From Candidatus Altimarinota bacterium (GTDB taxonomy: Bacteria > Patescibacteriota > Gracilibacteria > CAIRYL01 > GCA-016699755), in the NCBI GenBank assembly GCA_963664295.1, contig OY760935.1, positions 832,001 through 896,000 on the forward strand: DNA of 64,000 bases, written 5' to 3'. Shown here in pieces: positions 1-10,075 of this stretch (the stretch's first letter is position 1; each line of letters starts with the position of its first letter). The notes under the pieces are model-generated. The model had not been told where the DNA came from and ran no database searches. It worked only from the letters and a program-made list of their open reading frames with translations. Made by a program: the position numbers and the translations under genes.

Positions 1-970
1 AGAAACCAACACAATGCCACAATGGGCTGGTTCGAGTTGGTATTGGCTTCGCTTTATGGATGCAAAAAATGACCAGGCTTTTTGCTCACAAAAAAATGAA
101 AATTTCTGGGGCCCTGTAGATTTATATGTAGGTGGCGCAGAACATGCCGTGCTCCATCTTCTTTATTCTCGCTTTTGGCACAAATTATTATTTGATTTAA
201 ATGAAGTACACACAAGAGAACCATTCAAAGCATTAAGAAATCAAGGAATGATACTAGCAGAAGATGGACAAAAAATGAGCAAATCTCTTGGCAATGTTGT
301 AAATCCTGATGAAATTATTGAAAAATATGGAGCAGATACACTCCGAGTTTATGAAATGTTTATGGGTCCTTTTGAGCAAGCAAAAGCTTGGAGCACTTCT
401 AGTGTAGAAGGTATTTATAAATTTCTACAAAGAGTTTGGATACTTTTCCAAAAACCATTTGACGAAATTCGTCCTGATGGAACTTGTGAAACAGGCATGA
501 AACAAGAAATAAGAACCCTAATTCATAAAACAGTTAAAAAGGTCACCCTAGATATTGAAAATTTTAAATTCAATACAGCAATTTCGCAGATGATGATTTT
601 TACAAACGAGGCTAGCAAGTGGGAAAAACTACCTAAAAAAACTATGGAAAAATTCATCAAACTACTTTCAACTTTTGCTCCTCATCTTGGCGAAGAAATT
701 TGGAGCACAGTTTTGGGATATAATAAAACAATAGCCTATGAACCATGGCCAACTTGGGACGAAGATTTAACAAAAGATGCGGAAATGGAAATGCCTATAC
801 AAATTAATGGGAAACTAAGGGCAACTGTAAAAGTGTCAGCAGACATAAACAAAGAGGACGCAATCAATACAGCAAAATCAGATCCAAAAGTTCAAAAATG
901 GCTAGAAGAAAAAGAGATAATCAAAGAAATTTTCGTGCCGGGCAAGCTCGTAAATCTAGTAGTAAAATGA
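1..970 (+). CDS. leuS: Leucine--tRNA ligase, C-terminal part (begins upstream of window)
   Basis: MPQWAGSSWY, YVGGAEHAVLHLLYSRF, KMSKS motif, C-terminal QINGKLR domain. Confidence 0.97.
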   Translation, partial: ETNTMPQWAGSSWYWLRFMDAKNDQAFCSQKNENFWGPVDLYVGGAEHAVLHLLYSRFWHKLLFDLNEVHTREPFKALRNQGMILAEDGQKMSKSLGNVVNPDEIIEKYGADTLRVYEMFMGPFEQAKAWSTSSVEGIYKFLQRVWILFQKPFDEIRPDGTCETGMKQEIRTLIHKTVKKVTLDIENFKFNTAISQMMIFTNEASKWEKLPKKTMEKFIKLLSTFAPHLGEEIWSTVLGYNKTIAYEPWPTWDEDLTKDAEMEMPIQINGKLRATVKVSADINKEDAINTAKSDPKVQKWLEEKEIIKEIFVPGKLVNLVVK

Positions 971-1332
971 AAAAAACAGACTTAATCATAGAAAATCACA
1001 AAGAAATTTGGGAATTTATTAGTAAAAATTGTTTACGCAAAAAATTTTGCTGGCATGAATTTATTGTTATACCAAAAAATAAATTTAAAGAAGTACAAGG
1101 CTTGTTCGAAAAGCACAAAAATTTATTTTTCAAAGAAGTCGAATACAGAAGTAAACATTTTCTTCGCCATGTCCATGCTATTGACTTTGGCGATGTTGTG
1201 ATTTGCCATCGTGATTTTGTAAATCACAAAAAAACCAAACTAATCGGACTTATTTTGCACACTATTCTAGATTTTATTCCTTATATTTTCATGTCTTTTT
1301 TAAAGCTAAAAAAACCAATTAGATATTTTTAG
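967..1332 (+). CDS. Hypothetical protein (~121 aa), start overlapping leuS stop (ATGA)
   Basis: ATG at 967 is in frame with ORF 898..1332 and gives a 4-bp overlap; no recognised motif. Confidence 0.6.
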   Translation: MKKTDLIIENHKEIWEFISKNCLRKKFCWHEFIVIPKNKFKEVQGLFEKHKNLFFKEVEYRSKHFLRHVHAIDFGDVVICHRDFVNHKKTKLIGLILHTILDFIPYIFMSFLKLKKPIRYF

Positions 1333-1391
1333 TTTTTCTCTTGAAAATATCGCAAAAATAAGCGAAAATCTTTCAGTAATCTTTACTTAAC

Positions 1392-2279
1392 ATGAAATTT
1401 AATATTATAAAAAACAAAGTTTGGTGGTTTTCCTTCTCAGCTGTTTTAGTTCTCGCTAGTTTAATTCTTATTTTTAGCGGTGGCTTAAAGTGGGGAATTG
1501 ACTTCAGCGGTGGCACTTTAATTGATATTTCTTTTGGAAAATCAGTTGAAGCAAGTGAAATAGAAAATATTTTTGCTAATACTGTTGGAGAAGACAAAGG
1601 TCAACAAATAACTTCCACGGAAGATGGTGTTATTATTCGCTCTCGCGAAATTACAAACGAAGAACAAGAAGCATTTTTGGGATCATTAAAAGAAAAAAGC
1701 TACAACTATACAGTTAATAGAAGTCAATCAGTTGGCCCTAGAGTGGGAGATGTTTTCAAAAAAAGAGCTTACTGGGCACTTGGCATTGCACTTTTAACCA
1801 TTGTTGCTTTTATTGCTCTTTCTTTCCGCAAAATGCCTAGTCATATTTCTCCTTGGAAATTCGGCATCTCTGCAATTATTGCTCTTGCACATGATGTAAT
1901 TATCACAACTGGCGTCTTTGCTTTACTTGGTTTTATCGCTGGCGTAGAAATTGATGCCTTATTCATCACAGCTTTGCTTACTGTTATGGGCTTTTCTGTT
2001 CATGATACTATTGTTGTTTTTGACAGGCTTAGGGAAAATTTAAAACAAGAAAAATCTCTTAAAAAATTCCCTGATGTAGCAGAAAAAGCACTCTGGCAAA
2101 CAATGACAAGATCAATCAATACTTCTATTTCAACTTTATTTGTTCTTGTTGCTTTGCTTGTTCTTGGAAGTAGCACTTTATTTTATTTCATACTTGCCTT
2201 AGTGGTTGGTATTTTGATTGGAACTTATTCTTCTATTTTCCTTGCCACTCCAATATTAGTTGCTTGGCAAAAAAAATAA
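1392..2279 (+). CDS. secF: Protein translocase subunit SecF
   Basis: GIDFSGG, VGPRVG, ALAHD, GFSVHDTIVVFDRLRE, GTYSSIFLA motifs. Confidence 0.96.
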   Translation: MKFNIIKNKVWWFSFSAVLVLASLILIFSGGLKWGIDFSGGTLIDISFGKSVEASEIENIFANTVGEDKGQQITSTEDGVIIRSREITNEEQEAFLGSLKEKSYNYTVNRSQSVGPRVGDVFKKRAYWALGIALLTIVAFIALSFRKMPSHISPWKFGISAIIALAHDVIITTGVFALLGFIAGVEIDALFITALLTVMGFSVHDTIVVFDRLRENLKQEKSLKKFPDVAEKALWQTMTRSINTSISTLFVLVALLVLGSSTLFYFILALVVGILIGTYSSIFLATPILVAWQKK

Positions 2280-2290
2280 ATCAAGCTCAC

Positions 2291-2320
2291 AAAAGCCTCT
2301 AGCAATAGAGGTTTTTTTTT
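2291..2320 (+). terminator. Intrinsic terminator after secF
   Basis: cctcta-GCAA-tagagg hairpin followed by a T-run. Confidence 0.8.
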
Positions 2321-2353
2321 GTAATAATCAATTAGCTTTTGTTCTTTAAATAC

Positions 2354-2430
2354 GCCCGCGTAGCTCAATTGGATAGAGTACCCGGCTTCGAACCGGTTGG
2401 TTGGGGGTTCAAGTCCCTCCGCGGGCGCCA
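2354..2430 (+). tRNA. tRNA-Arg (anticodon TCG)
   Basis: gcccgcg/cgcgggc acceptor stem, D-arm tagctcaattggatagag, anticodon loop ctTCGaa, T-loop ttcaagt, encoded CCA. Confidence 0.95.
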
Positions 2431-2444
2431 TAAAAGCACAACTT

Positions 2445-3839
2445 ATGCAAAAAACTGATTTTTTGATTATCGGCAGTGGTATAGCAGGATTAGCACTAGC
2501 GCTAGAGCTATCACAAATTGGCGAAGTAGTAATATTAACAAAAAAAGACATTTCCGCAGGCTCAACCGGACTTGCCCAAGGTGGCATTGCCGGTGTTCGA
2601 GATACTTCAAAAGACACTTTTGAACAGCATTTCGAAGACACAATTAAGGCAGGCAGTAATCATAACGACAAAAAGGCTGTGCAATTTTTAGTCAAAAACG
2701 CCCCCTCTGCCTTAAAAAAATTAGAAAAATATGGAGTTAAATTTGACTTTTCTTTACACAAAGAAGGAGGACACTCTCTTCCTCGAATTTCCCATGTTGC
2801 TGATGAAACCGGCAGAGCAGTACAGGAAATTCTCACTGAACAAGTGAAAAAAAATAAAAAAATAAAAATAATCGAAAATGCATTCACAACAGATTTGTTG
2901 GTAAAAAATAAAACCGCTTATGGCGTTTCCTGGTTTGATGGTGAAAAATCAAATAATTTTTATGCACAAAAAATAATTCTTTCTACTGGTGGCTGTGGGC
3001 AAATATATAAAAAAACCACTAATCCTTCAGTGGCAACAGGCGATGGTATAGCCATGGCAATTAGAGCAGGCGCAAAAACAAAAGATCTCGAATTTGTGCA
3101 ATTTCACCCTACTGCTTTTGACTATCCACGCGATCCACTTTTTTTGCTCTCCGAAGCCCTGCGCGGTGATGGCGCCTATCTTGTAAATGAAAAAGAGGAG
3201 CGTTTTACAGACGAACTGGCACCAAGAGATAAAGTTGCCCGAGCAATTTTTCGACAAAAAAAAGCTTTTCTGGATTTTCGTCATGAAAAAAGAGAAGAAC
3301 TTGCTAAAAAATTTCCTAATATTTTTGAAAATCTGCTTACAGCAGGCTACGACCTCTCAAAAAACCTAGTACCAATAACACCTGCTGGTCATTTTATGTG
3401 CGGAGGCGTGCTTGTTGACACCAATGGCGAAACTTCAATAAAAAATCTTTTTGCCTTAGGCGAAGTAGCCTGCACAGGAGTACATGGAGCAAATCGCCTT
3501 GCTTCAAACTCCCTCTTAGAGGCAGTTGTTTTTGCTCAAGCTATTTTTGATAACCTTAAAAAATCTCCACCAATTACCAATTTCCCTATTTTTGAAATTA
3601 AAGAATTTATTCCAGAAAAAGACTCTGACAAAAAAACTCGCAAAAAACTACAAGAAATAATGTGGGAAAAAATTGGCCTAATTCGCACAGAAAAAGGATT
3701 AAAAGAAGCAATAAAAAAACTAAACCACCTTAAAGCAAAAGGCACAGAGACAAAAAACTTGTTAACAACAGCAATTCAAGTCGCAAAATCCGCCCACGCA
3801 AGAAAAAAATCCCTAGGCGCACATTTTATAGAAAATTAA
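2445..3839 (+). CDS. nadB: L-aspartate oxidase
   Basis: IIGSGIAG FAD motif, AQGGIA, EGGHS, QFHPT, LLSEALRG, HGANRLASNSLLEA; start moved to ATG 2445 after the tRNA. Confidence 0.9.
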   Translation: MQKTDFLIIGSGIAGLALALELSQIGEVVILTKKDISAGSTGLAQGGIAGVRDTSKDTFEQHFEDTIKAGSNHNDKKAVQFLVKNAPSALKKLEKYGVKFDFSLHKEGGHSLPRISHVADETGRAVQEILTEQVKKNKKIKIIENAFTTDLLVKNKTAYGVSWFDGEKSNNFYAQKIILSTGGCGQIYKKTTNPSVATGDGIAMAIRAGAKTKDLEFVQFHPTAFDYPRDPLFLLSEALRGDGAYLVNEKEERFTDELAPRDKVARAIFRQKKAFLDFRHEKREELAKKFPNIFENLLTAGYDLSKNLVPITPAGHFMCGGVLVDTNGETSIKNLFALGEVACTGVHGANRLASNSLLEAVVFAQAIFDNLKKSPPITNFPIFEIKEFIPEKDSDKKTRKKLQEIMWEKIGLIRTEKGLKEAIKKLNHLKAKGTETKNLLTTAIQVAKSAHARKKSLGAHFIEN

Positions 3840-4891
3840 TTTTTTTCAACAAAAACAGTTTGAGTTGGGAAAGCAAAAATAATTTTCTCTTTTTCAAAGG
3901 AGTCATGAATAGCAAAATTCAATTCCTCTCTTTTTTCACAGAAAATTTTATATTCTTTAGATAAAACAAAAAACACCACCTCAAAATTCAGCGAAAAATC
4001 ACCAAATTCTTTAAAAGCAACTCTATCTATTTCCAAATTCTCAATTTTTTTACCAGCATTAGTCACTAAAGCTTTAATTTTTTTCAACTTATCAGCAGAA
4101 GTAGAATACTCAACACCAATCACAAAATCACCACGCCTTTTTTTCATCTTACGATAATTTTGAATACGAGAAGCAGTTAAGTCTTGATTAGCAACAATAA
4201 TCTCCTCACCAGTCAAAGATTCAATACGAGTAGTTTTAATGCCAATTTTTTTCACAGTACCTTTAATTCCATCAAAGCTAATATAGTCACCTGCTTTAAA
4301 AGGCTTATCTAAAAAAATCGAAAAAGAAGAAAACATATCTCCCAAAACAGTTTGCAAAGCAAGAGCAACAGCAATACCACCAATACCTAAACCAGCAATC
4401 AAAGAAGAAACATTAACTCCTAGGTTCTGCATCAAAAACAAACCAGCTAAAACCCAAATAACAATTTTCAATAAACGACCAGCAAAATCAATCGCACTCG
4501 CACTATCTTGATTTTTTTCAGCAACCTGCCCAACACCATAAGTGATGATCTTGTTTACAGCCTTAACAATTTCAAAAATAACAACCACAAAAACAAAAAA
4601 CTTCAGCCAATGCTCAACAGTAAAAGGCAAATAAACAAATTGCGTAGATAAATAAAGAGAAACAGCAAATACAAATAAACCATTAATATCTTTAACAATA
4701 TCAACTAATAAATCATCAATAGTACTTTTTGTCTTTTTGCTTATTTTTTTAATAGTTTTAACAGCACTTTTCTTTGCAAAAGGAATAACAAAAGAAAAAA
4801 TAATAAAAAACAAAACAGCAATAAGCCATTTATCTAAGCTATTGTTCCAAAATTCATAATTTAAAAAATCTTTCAGCATATCTAAGCTCAT
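3836..4891 (-). CDS. Small-conductance mechanosensitive channel (MscS family)
   Basis: SLIAGLGIGGIAVALALQ..LGD, DKPFKAGD, FAFPTQT. Confidence 0.95.
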   Translation of the reverse strand: MSLDMLKDFLNYEFWNNSLDKWLIAVLFFIIFSFVIPFAKKSAVKTIKKISKKTKSTIDDLLVDIVKDINGLFVFAVSLYLSTQFVYLPFTVEHWLKFFVFVVVIFEIVKAVNKIITYGVGQVAEKNQDSASAIDFAGRLLKIVIWVLAGLFLMQNLGVNVSSLIAGLGIGGIAVALALQTVLGDMFSSFSIFLDKPFKAGDYISFDGIKGTVKKIGIKTTRIESLTGEEIIVANQDLTASRIQNYRKMKKRRGDFVIGVEYSTSADKLKKIKALVTNAGKKIENLEIDRVAFKEFGDFSLNFEVVFFVLSKEYKIFCEKREELNFAIHDSFEKEKIIFAFPTQTVFVEKN

Positions 4892-4960
4892 TTTTTCAAA
4901 AAAAATTCACCTCAATTCTCTCAAAAAAAGTTCAAAAAGCCAAATTATTAAACAAAGCTG

Positions 4961-4988
4961 TTGACATAAGTAGTAATTAGCTTATAAT
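4961..4988 (+). promoter_or_regulatory. Sigma70-type promoter for ORF 5021
   Basis: TTGACA (4961-4966), 16-nt spacer, TATAAT (4983-4988). Confidence 0.75.
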
Positions 4989-5020
4989 GTGCTCCTTTTT
5001 TATTTTTATATACCATTATT

Positions 5021-5920
5021 ATGAATAATACAGGAGCAGAAAAAAGAATTTATGTGCCAGAACAACAAGAAACAACACAAAAGCCAATGCCTCGTAAAAT
5101 AAAACCCGCACTAGTTCTTCCAAATAGTCGAGGAGCATTTAATAGGCAAGGTGGAATACAAATAAATCCAGAAAATATGATTTTTATGCGTGCTAATGAT
5201 CCAGTATTTGTCTCAGAAGATGGACATTTATGTCTACAAGCAAAAATGGACAACAAAGGAGAAACGCCCTTAATAATCAATACTACAAATCAAGAAACTA
5301 CAGAAATATTACCAGGATTAACACCGGTAAATGGCTATGAAAAATCCGTAAAAGGACCAAATGGAAAAAATTGCGACATACTACTTGGTGGTTCAATAGC
5401 AAGAGGAATAGACAAAAGGGCTCAGCTAATCATGGAAAAAATAATGAATATGCAAGCAGGAGAATCACTAAGCCTAAAAGCACATGGTGGACTTTTTCGC
5501 AAAGAAGACTTTGACGGTGCACCATTTACAGCCGATAACACCAGAACATTTGCCAGCGAAGTGATTGAGCAAGTAATGGCAGTCACAAAAAATCTATTAA
5601 CATCTAAAGAATTAAAGTTAAGCCAAAAAGGCACAGAGCTAATGTTAGAAAAACAACCACTAAAAAAACTTTTTAGTAATTTTATAAAGCATTTACGAGA
5701 ATTAGTAGGCAATAAATCAATAGATGTCAAAGAAGTGACAACAGAAGGTCAGATGATAATTCTAACAATATCCTATGCACAAGGAATAAAAAGCAAACTC
5801 GTCAAAGTTAAGCTTTTCTTCCAAGATATTGCAGAATTAGAAAAAGACGATGAATTTAAGTTCGATGTAGGAGCTATGATCGAAGAAGGCATAGAAGACA
5901 TAATCACATTCCGAAATTAA
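5021..5920 (+). CDS. Hypothetical protein (299 aa)
   Basis: Long ORF with consensus promoter; no recognised motif. Confidence 0.75.
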   Translation: MNNTGAEKRIYVPEQQETTQKPMPRKIKPALVLPNSRGAFNRQGGIQINPENMIFMRANDPVFVSEDGHLCLQAKMDNKGETPLIINTTNQETTEILPGLTPVNGYEKSVKGPNGKNCDILLGGSIARGIDKRAQLIMEKIMNMQAGESLSLKAHGGLFRKEDFDGAPFTADNTRTFASEVIEQVMAVTKNLLTSKELKLSQKGTELMLEKQPLKKLFSNFIKHLRELVGNKSIDVKEVTTEGQMIILTISYAQGIKSKLVKVKLFFQDIAELEKDDEFKFDVGAMIEEGIEDIITFRN

Positions 5921-6726
5921 ACAGCCTCCAATTCTTTCATAGCCTGAGCAAACTCTTCTTCATTTGGCGCTTTTCCGTGCCAACCAACCTGATTTTCCAT
6001 ATAACTAACACCCTTCCCCTTAGTTGTGTGAGCAATAATCGCAACAGGCTTGTCTCTTACTTCAATCGCTTTTTTAAGTGTGTCTTCAATTTGATCAAAA
6101 TCATGACCCATGCACTCCAAAACCTCCCAACCACAAGCAGAAAATTTCTTCGCAACATCACCAAGCCCACAAACCTCATCAGTAGCACCATCAATCTGCA
6201 AGCCATTTTTATCCACAATCGCCACTAAATTACCCAATTTTTCCTGTGCTGAGCTCATAACAGCCTCCCAAATTTGCCCCTCTTGAAGCTCGCCATCACC
6301 ATGAAGCGAAAAAACCTTATTCGGCTTATTGTCAATTTTCAAGCCCATTGCAATCCCCTTTGCAACAGAAAGTCCCTGTCCCAAAGAGCCAGAACAAACT
6401 TCAACCCCAGGAATATGATTCGTTGGATGACCTTGCAAAAGAGCATTAACCTGCCTCAATTCAAATAAATTATCTTTTTCAAAAAATCCAGCCTCGGCCA
6501 AAACAGCATAAAGCGCAGGCGCCGCATGACCCTTAGATAAAACAAAATAATCACGCTTATCCCATTTTGGATTTTTTTCATCAAAACTAACAAACCCCCC
6601 AAAATAAAGCGTGGTCAAAATATCAATACAAGAAAGAGAAGGTCCAGGATGACCACTCCCCGAAGCATAAAGCATTTTAATAATATCAGCACGCAAATTA
6701 TTTGCAATTTCTGGTAATTTTTTCAC
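5917..6726 (-). CDS. Transketolase, N-terminal (TPP-binding) subunit
   Basis: SGHPGPSLS, LSKGHAAP, LQGHP, GSLGQG, GDGELQEGQIWEA; likely GTG start at 6726. Confidence 0.93.
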   Translation of the reverse strand: MKKLPEIANNLRADIIKMLYASGSGHPGPSLSCIDILTTLYFGGFVSFDEKNPKWDKRDYFVLSKGHAAPALYAVLAEAGFFEKDNLFELRQVNALLQGHPTNHIPGVEVCSGSLGQGLSVAKGIAMGLKIDNKPNKVFSLHGDGELQEGQIWEAVMSSAQEKLGNLVAIVDKNGLQIDGATDEVCGLGDVAKKFSACGWEVLECMGHDFDQIEDTLKKAIEVRDKPVAIIAHTTKGKGVSYMENQVGWHGKAPNEEEFAQAMKELEAV

Positions 6727-6836
6727 TCTATTATAAAAAAGCTTTTTTATTTTAAAGAACTCTCTGTTAAATGTCAGCCTTTTTATCAAAAACCTTGATT
6801 TTTTTGCACAATAAAGGCAAAATTGGCAGGTCTTTT

Positions 6837-6913
<77 letters not shown>

Positions 6914-6949
6914 TTAATGTCATGACAAAAAAGTAATAATTTAAATTAA

Positions 6950-7921
6950 ATGACCATCTCTGAAAAAAATCCATGCAGACTGAAATATTTTCCGATCTCA
7001 TTCTTTTCAATAATTTTGGGATTAGCAGGTTTTACTATTGCCAGTCAAAAGTTTGAACATCTGTTTTTACATAACACTATTTTAAGTTCGGTTATTTTGA
7101 CCTTTACAATTCTGCTTTTTGTATTGTTAAGTGCATTATATAGCTATAAAATTTTAAATTTTGCAAACAAAGTTAAAGAAGAATTTGATAGTCCTATAAA
7201 AATCAATTTTTTTCCGACTTTTTCAATTTCTATACTATTAATAAGTATCGCTTTGTTGGATGTAAACTTAGTGCTCTCAAAATATTTTTGGATGGCGGGA
7301 ACAATATCCCACTTTCTTTTTACTTTAAAGATCGTTTCTGTTTGGATTCAACATTCAAAATTTGAAATTACACATATGAATCCTGCGTGGTTTATTCCCG
7401 CTGTAGGAAATATCCTTGTCCCTGTAGCAGGATCTGCTCATGCTTCACCAGAAATTTCCTGGTTTTTCTATAGTATAGGTCTACTTTTTTGGATTATTTT
7501 ACTGATAGTATTTTTTAATCGGATTATTTTTCATAATCCTTTACCACAAAAATTATTGCCAACATTATTTATTTTGATAGCACCACCTGCTGTTGGCTTT
7601 ATTTCATACGTTAAATTAACCGAAAATATTAATGAATTTAGCAGAATTTTATACTATTTTGCCTTATTTTTAGTGATTTTATTATTTTTTCAGTGGAGGT
7701 TGTTTTACAAAATTAAATTTTATCTTTCCTGGTGGGCGTATTCTTTTCCTGTCGCAGCTATTACTATTGCAAGTTTTTTAATGTTCAAAGAAACTAATTT
7801 ATTAGCATTCAAGTTTGTTTTTATCGGACTATATTTTATTTTGTCCGTAATTGTTGCCTTCTTGCTAATTAAGACAATTATTCAGATAAAAAATAAAGCT
7901 ATTTGTGTTGAGGAAGATTAG
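6950..7921 (+). CDS. SLAC1/TehA (TDT) family anion channel
   Basis: About 10 TM segments; NPAWFIPAVGN, LPTLFILIAPP, SWWAYSFP. Confidence 0.92.
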   Translation: MTISEKNPCRLKYFPISFFSIILGLAGFTIASQKFEHLFLHNTILSSVILTFTILLFVLLSALYSYKILNFANKVKEEFDSPIKINFFPTFSISILLISIALLDVNLVLSKYFWMAGTISHFLFTLKIVSVWIQHSKFEITHMNPAWFIPAVGNILVPVAGSAHASPEISWFFYSIGLLFWIILLIVFFNRIIFHNPLPQKLLPTLFILIAPPAVGFISYVKLTENINEFSRILYYFALFLVILLFFQWRLFYKIKFYLSWWAYSFPVAAITIASFLMFKETNLLAFKFVFIGLYFILSVIVAFLLIKTIIQIKNKAICVEED

Positions 7922-8174
7922 ATATGTATTCAAAGGAATCCGAATTTTGAGCGAGATATTCTTTCAAATCCTTGATAACCTGACAAAGAATTGTATTACA
8001 CCGTTTGGTTACTGGTTCAATATCTGTCTTGAAAGCCCCACTAATAAAAATAGTCTGGCGAAACATGGGCATTAATGATTCTAGAGCAATATTAAAAAAT
8101 CGTTTTGAAGATTTAGACTTAGACCTAAATACTCTATTAAAAAATATTTAATAAATTTAATCATCAAAACCCAT

Positions 8175-8939
8175 ATGAATATTACAAAAAAACAAATCAC
8201 ATCTCTTTTTTGGTCAAAAACTAATGCTATTTCTATATTATTAGTATTGTTAATAGCCATATATTTTCATTTTGAACCAACCGTGGGCCTTTTTGACCTA
8301 AGCACAAGCACATGGTCTTTTTATCCAAAAACCATAATACCTCTTTTTTTAATGTTTATTTGTATGAATATTATGGGTTATTCATTAACAATAGAGAGGC
8401 GATGGTTAAAATCAGGAGTATTTATGACAACATTTTATATATTATTTTTATTGATTGCTTATGTTTTTGAGCATGACAAATGTAGCGATATGGGCTGTGG
8501 ATTTGTCTGGATTATATTTTTTAGCAGTCTCCCTACCTCGTTAATCATTTTCATACCTCTAATTGGCTTACTTGCAATTCCTTTAATTTTGGCACAATGG
8601 TTTTTTGTTGGTGTCATTATTGGAGCCATATTCAACACAAAACCATTTCGATGGATAGGAAGACAATTAATTTCTAAATTTTCTATCTATGGAGCAATTG
8701 CTGTTACTACTATTTTTTTATTAACTGCCAGTTTTTATTTTCTTCCTGGCGAAACTGCGGATAAAATATTTAGCATTTTATGGGAACGCCACCGTTTTGA
8801 TGATTCAATTCTTGCAAGACAATTTCTTACTATCGGCATGATAGGCGCCTTCATAGGTATTACATTTGGACTATGTCTTAAGCTTATAGTAAATATAATA
8901 CTTTTCATAAGTAAGATTTTTAAAAAAATATTTAATTAA
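8175..8939 (+). CDS. Hypothetical integral membrane protein
   Basis: Multiple hydrophobic segments, CxxMGCG loop. Confidence 0.75.
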   Translation: MNITKKQITSLFWSKTNAISILLVLLIAIYFHFEPTVGLFDLSTSTWSFYPKTIIPLFLMFICMNIMGYSLTIERRWLKSGVFMTTFYILFLLIAYVFEHDKCSDMGCGFVWIIFFSSLPTSLIIFIPLIGLLAIPLILAQWFFVGVIIGAIFNTKPFRWIGRQLISKFSIYGAIAVTTIFLLTASFYFLPGETADKIFSILWERHRFDDSILARQFLTIGMIGAFIGITFGLCLKLIVNIILFISKIFKKIFN

Positions 8940-8946
8940 AAAACCT

Positions 8947-9678
8947 ATGAACTCAGAAGTTTACAAAAAAAACTTTACTATTGGAGAAATTCTTAGTTTT
9001 TCCTGGGAAATTTTTACAAAAAATTTCAAATTAATTGCGAGCTTATTTTTAAGCATATACATACCTCTAAGCATTTTAAGTTATAGAATTGCACTAAAAA
9101 CAAACGAAGAAAATCTTGTAAGAGAGTTAACACTAAATTTTATAATTGGCATAATTGCACTTGTTGCAAGCTTGGCGGTTATATATGTTGCCAAGCAAAC
9201 AATAGACAATAAATCCACAAATTTTACAGAATCTATTGAATTTGCTATTTCTAAGTGGCTACCAGCAATCACAACAAATATATTAATGGGAATACTTTTG
9301 GTAATACTTTTTATACTACTAATTGTTCCTGGGATAATTTTTTCTATCTATTGGGCATTTGTTTTGCCAATTGTGGCCCTAAAAGACATGCGCATGATGA
9401 AGGCTTTGGGTTATAGCAAAAGCATTGTGCAAGGAAGATGGTGGAAGCTTCTTGGCTATCTCGTAGTAATTACCATTGTAGGAATATTGGCTGGCATAGG
9501 TATTGGCATTGGCGAAGGAATAATAATATATGTTTTTTTGCAAATCACTAATAGCATGATTATACCTGTAATCATCATAAGCACCTTTAACGCCTTGATG
9601 ACTGCCTATTTTGTTGTTGTGTCTACTGTGCTTTTTGTTAACTTTGACAGCACAAAAAAATTGCCAACAAGCAACTAA
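8947..9678 (+). CDS. Integral membrane protein (YciC / GDPD membrane-anchor-like)
   Basis: LLIVPGII..W...ALGYSKSIVQGRWW pattern. Confidence 0.75.
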   Translation: MNSEVYKKNFTIGEILSFSWEIFTKNFKLIASLFLSIYIPLSILSYRIALKTNEENLVRELTLNFIIGIIALVASLAVIYVAKQTIDNKSTNFTESIEFAISKWLPAITTNILMGILLVILFILLIVPGIIFSIYWAFVLPIVALKDMRMMKALGYSKSIVQGRWWKLLGYLVVITIVGILAGIGIGIGEGIIIYVFLQITNSMIIPVIIISTFNALMTAYFVVVSTVLFVNFDSTKKLPTSN

Positions 9679-9705
9679 TTTTCAAGATATATAATCCCAA
9701 CACCA

Positions 9706-10032
9706 ATGGTACCAATAGAATTTCTTAGGCAATTTCGCATCTTCGAATATGCTATTTTTGATTTTATAGCAGCATTTTTAGGTATGTACCTCCTTGCTCC
9801 ATTGTTATCAAAAATATTTCTTAAATTATTCAAACTTGATATACCAAAACATAATTGGCTATACCTAACCTTACCTATTGGTATTACAACCCACTTACTT
9901 GTTGGCAAGATAACTCCAATGACAAAAGATTTCATAGATCCAAGTGGACACTATATTGTAAAAATATTTATTTTAATATTATTATTTTTAGGTATTAGAA
10001 ATATAAAAATAAAAACAAATAAACCCAATTAA
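9706..10032 (+). CDS. Small hypothetical membrane protein
   Basis: 108-aa ORF with about 3 hydrophobic segments. Confidence 0.7.
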   Translation: MVPIEFLRQFRIFEYAIFDFIAAFLGMYLLAPLLSKIFLKLFKLDIPKHNWLYLTLPIGITTHLLVGKITPMTKDFIDPSGHYIVKIFILILLFLGIRNIKIKTNKPN

Positions 10033-10075
10033 AACACTACTTCCCCTCTTAGATAAAACCCGCTAAAATAAACCC

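Noticed and set aside
2397-2444. N-terminal extension of nadB and antisense ORF 2225..2641
   Set aside because: Both overlap tRNA-Arg; the real nadB start is ATG 2445.
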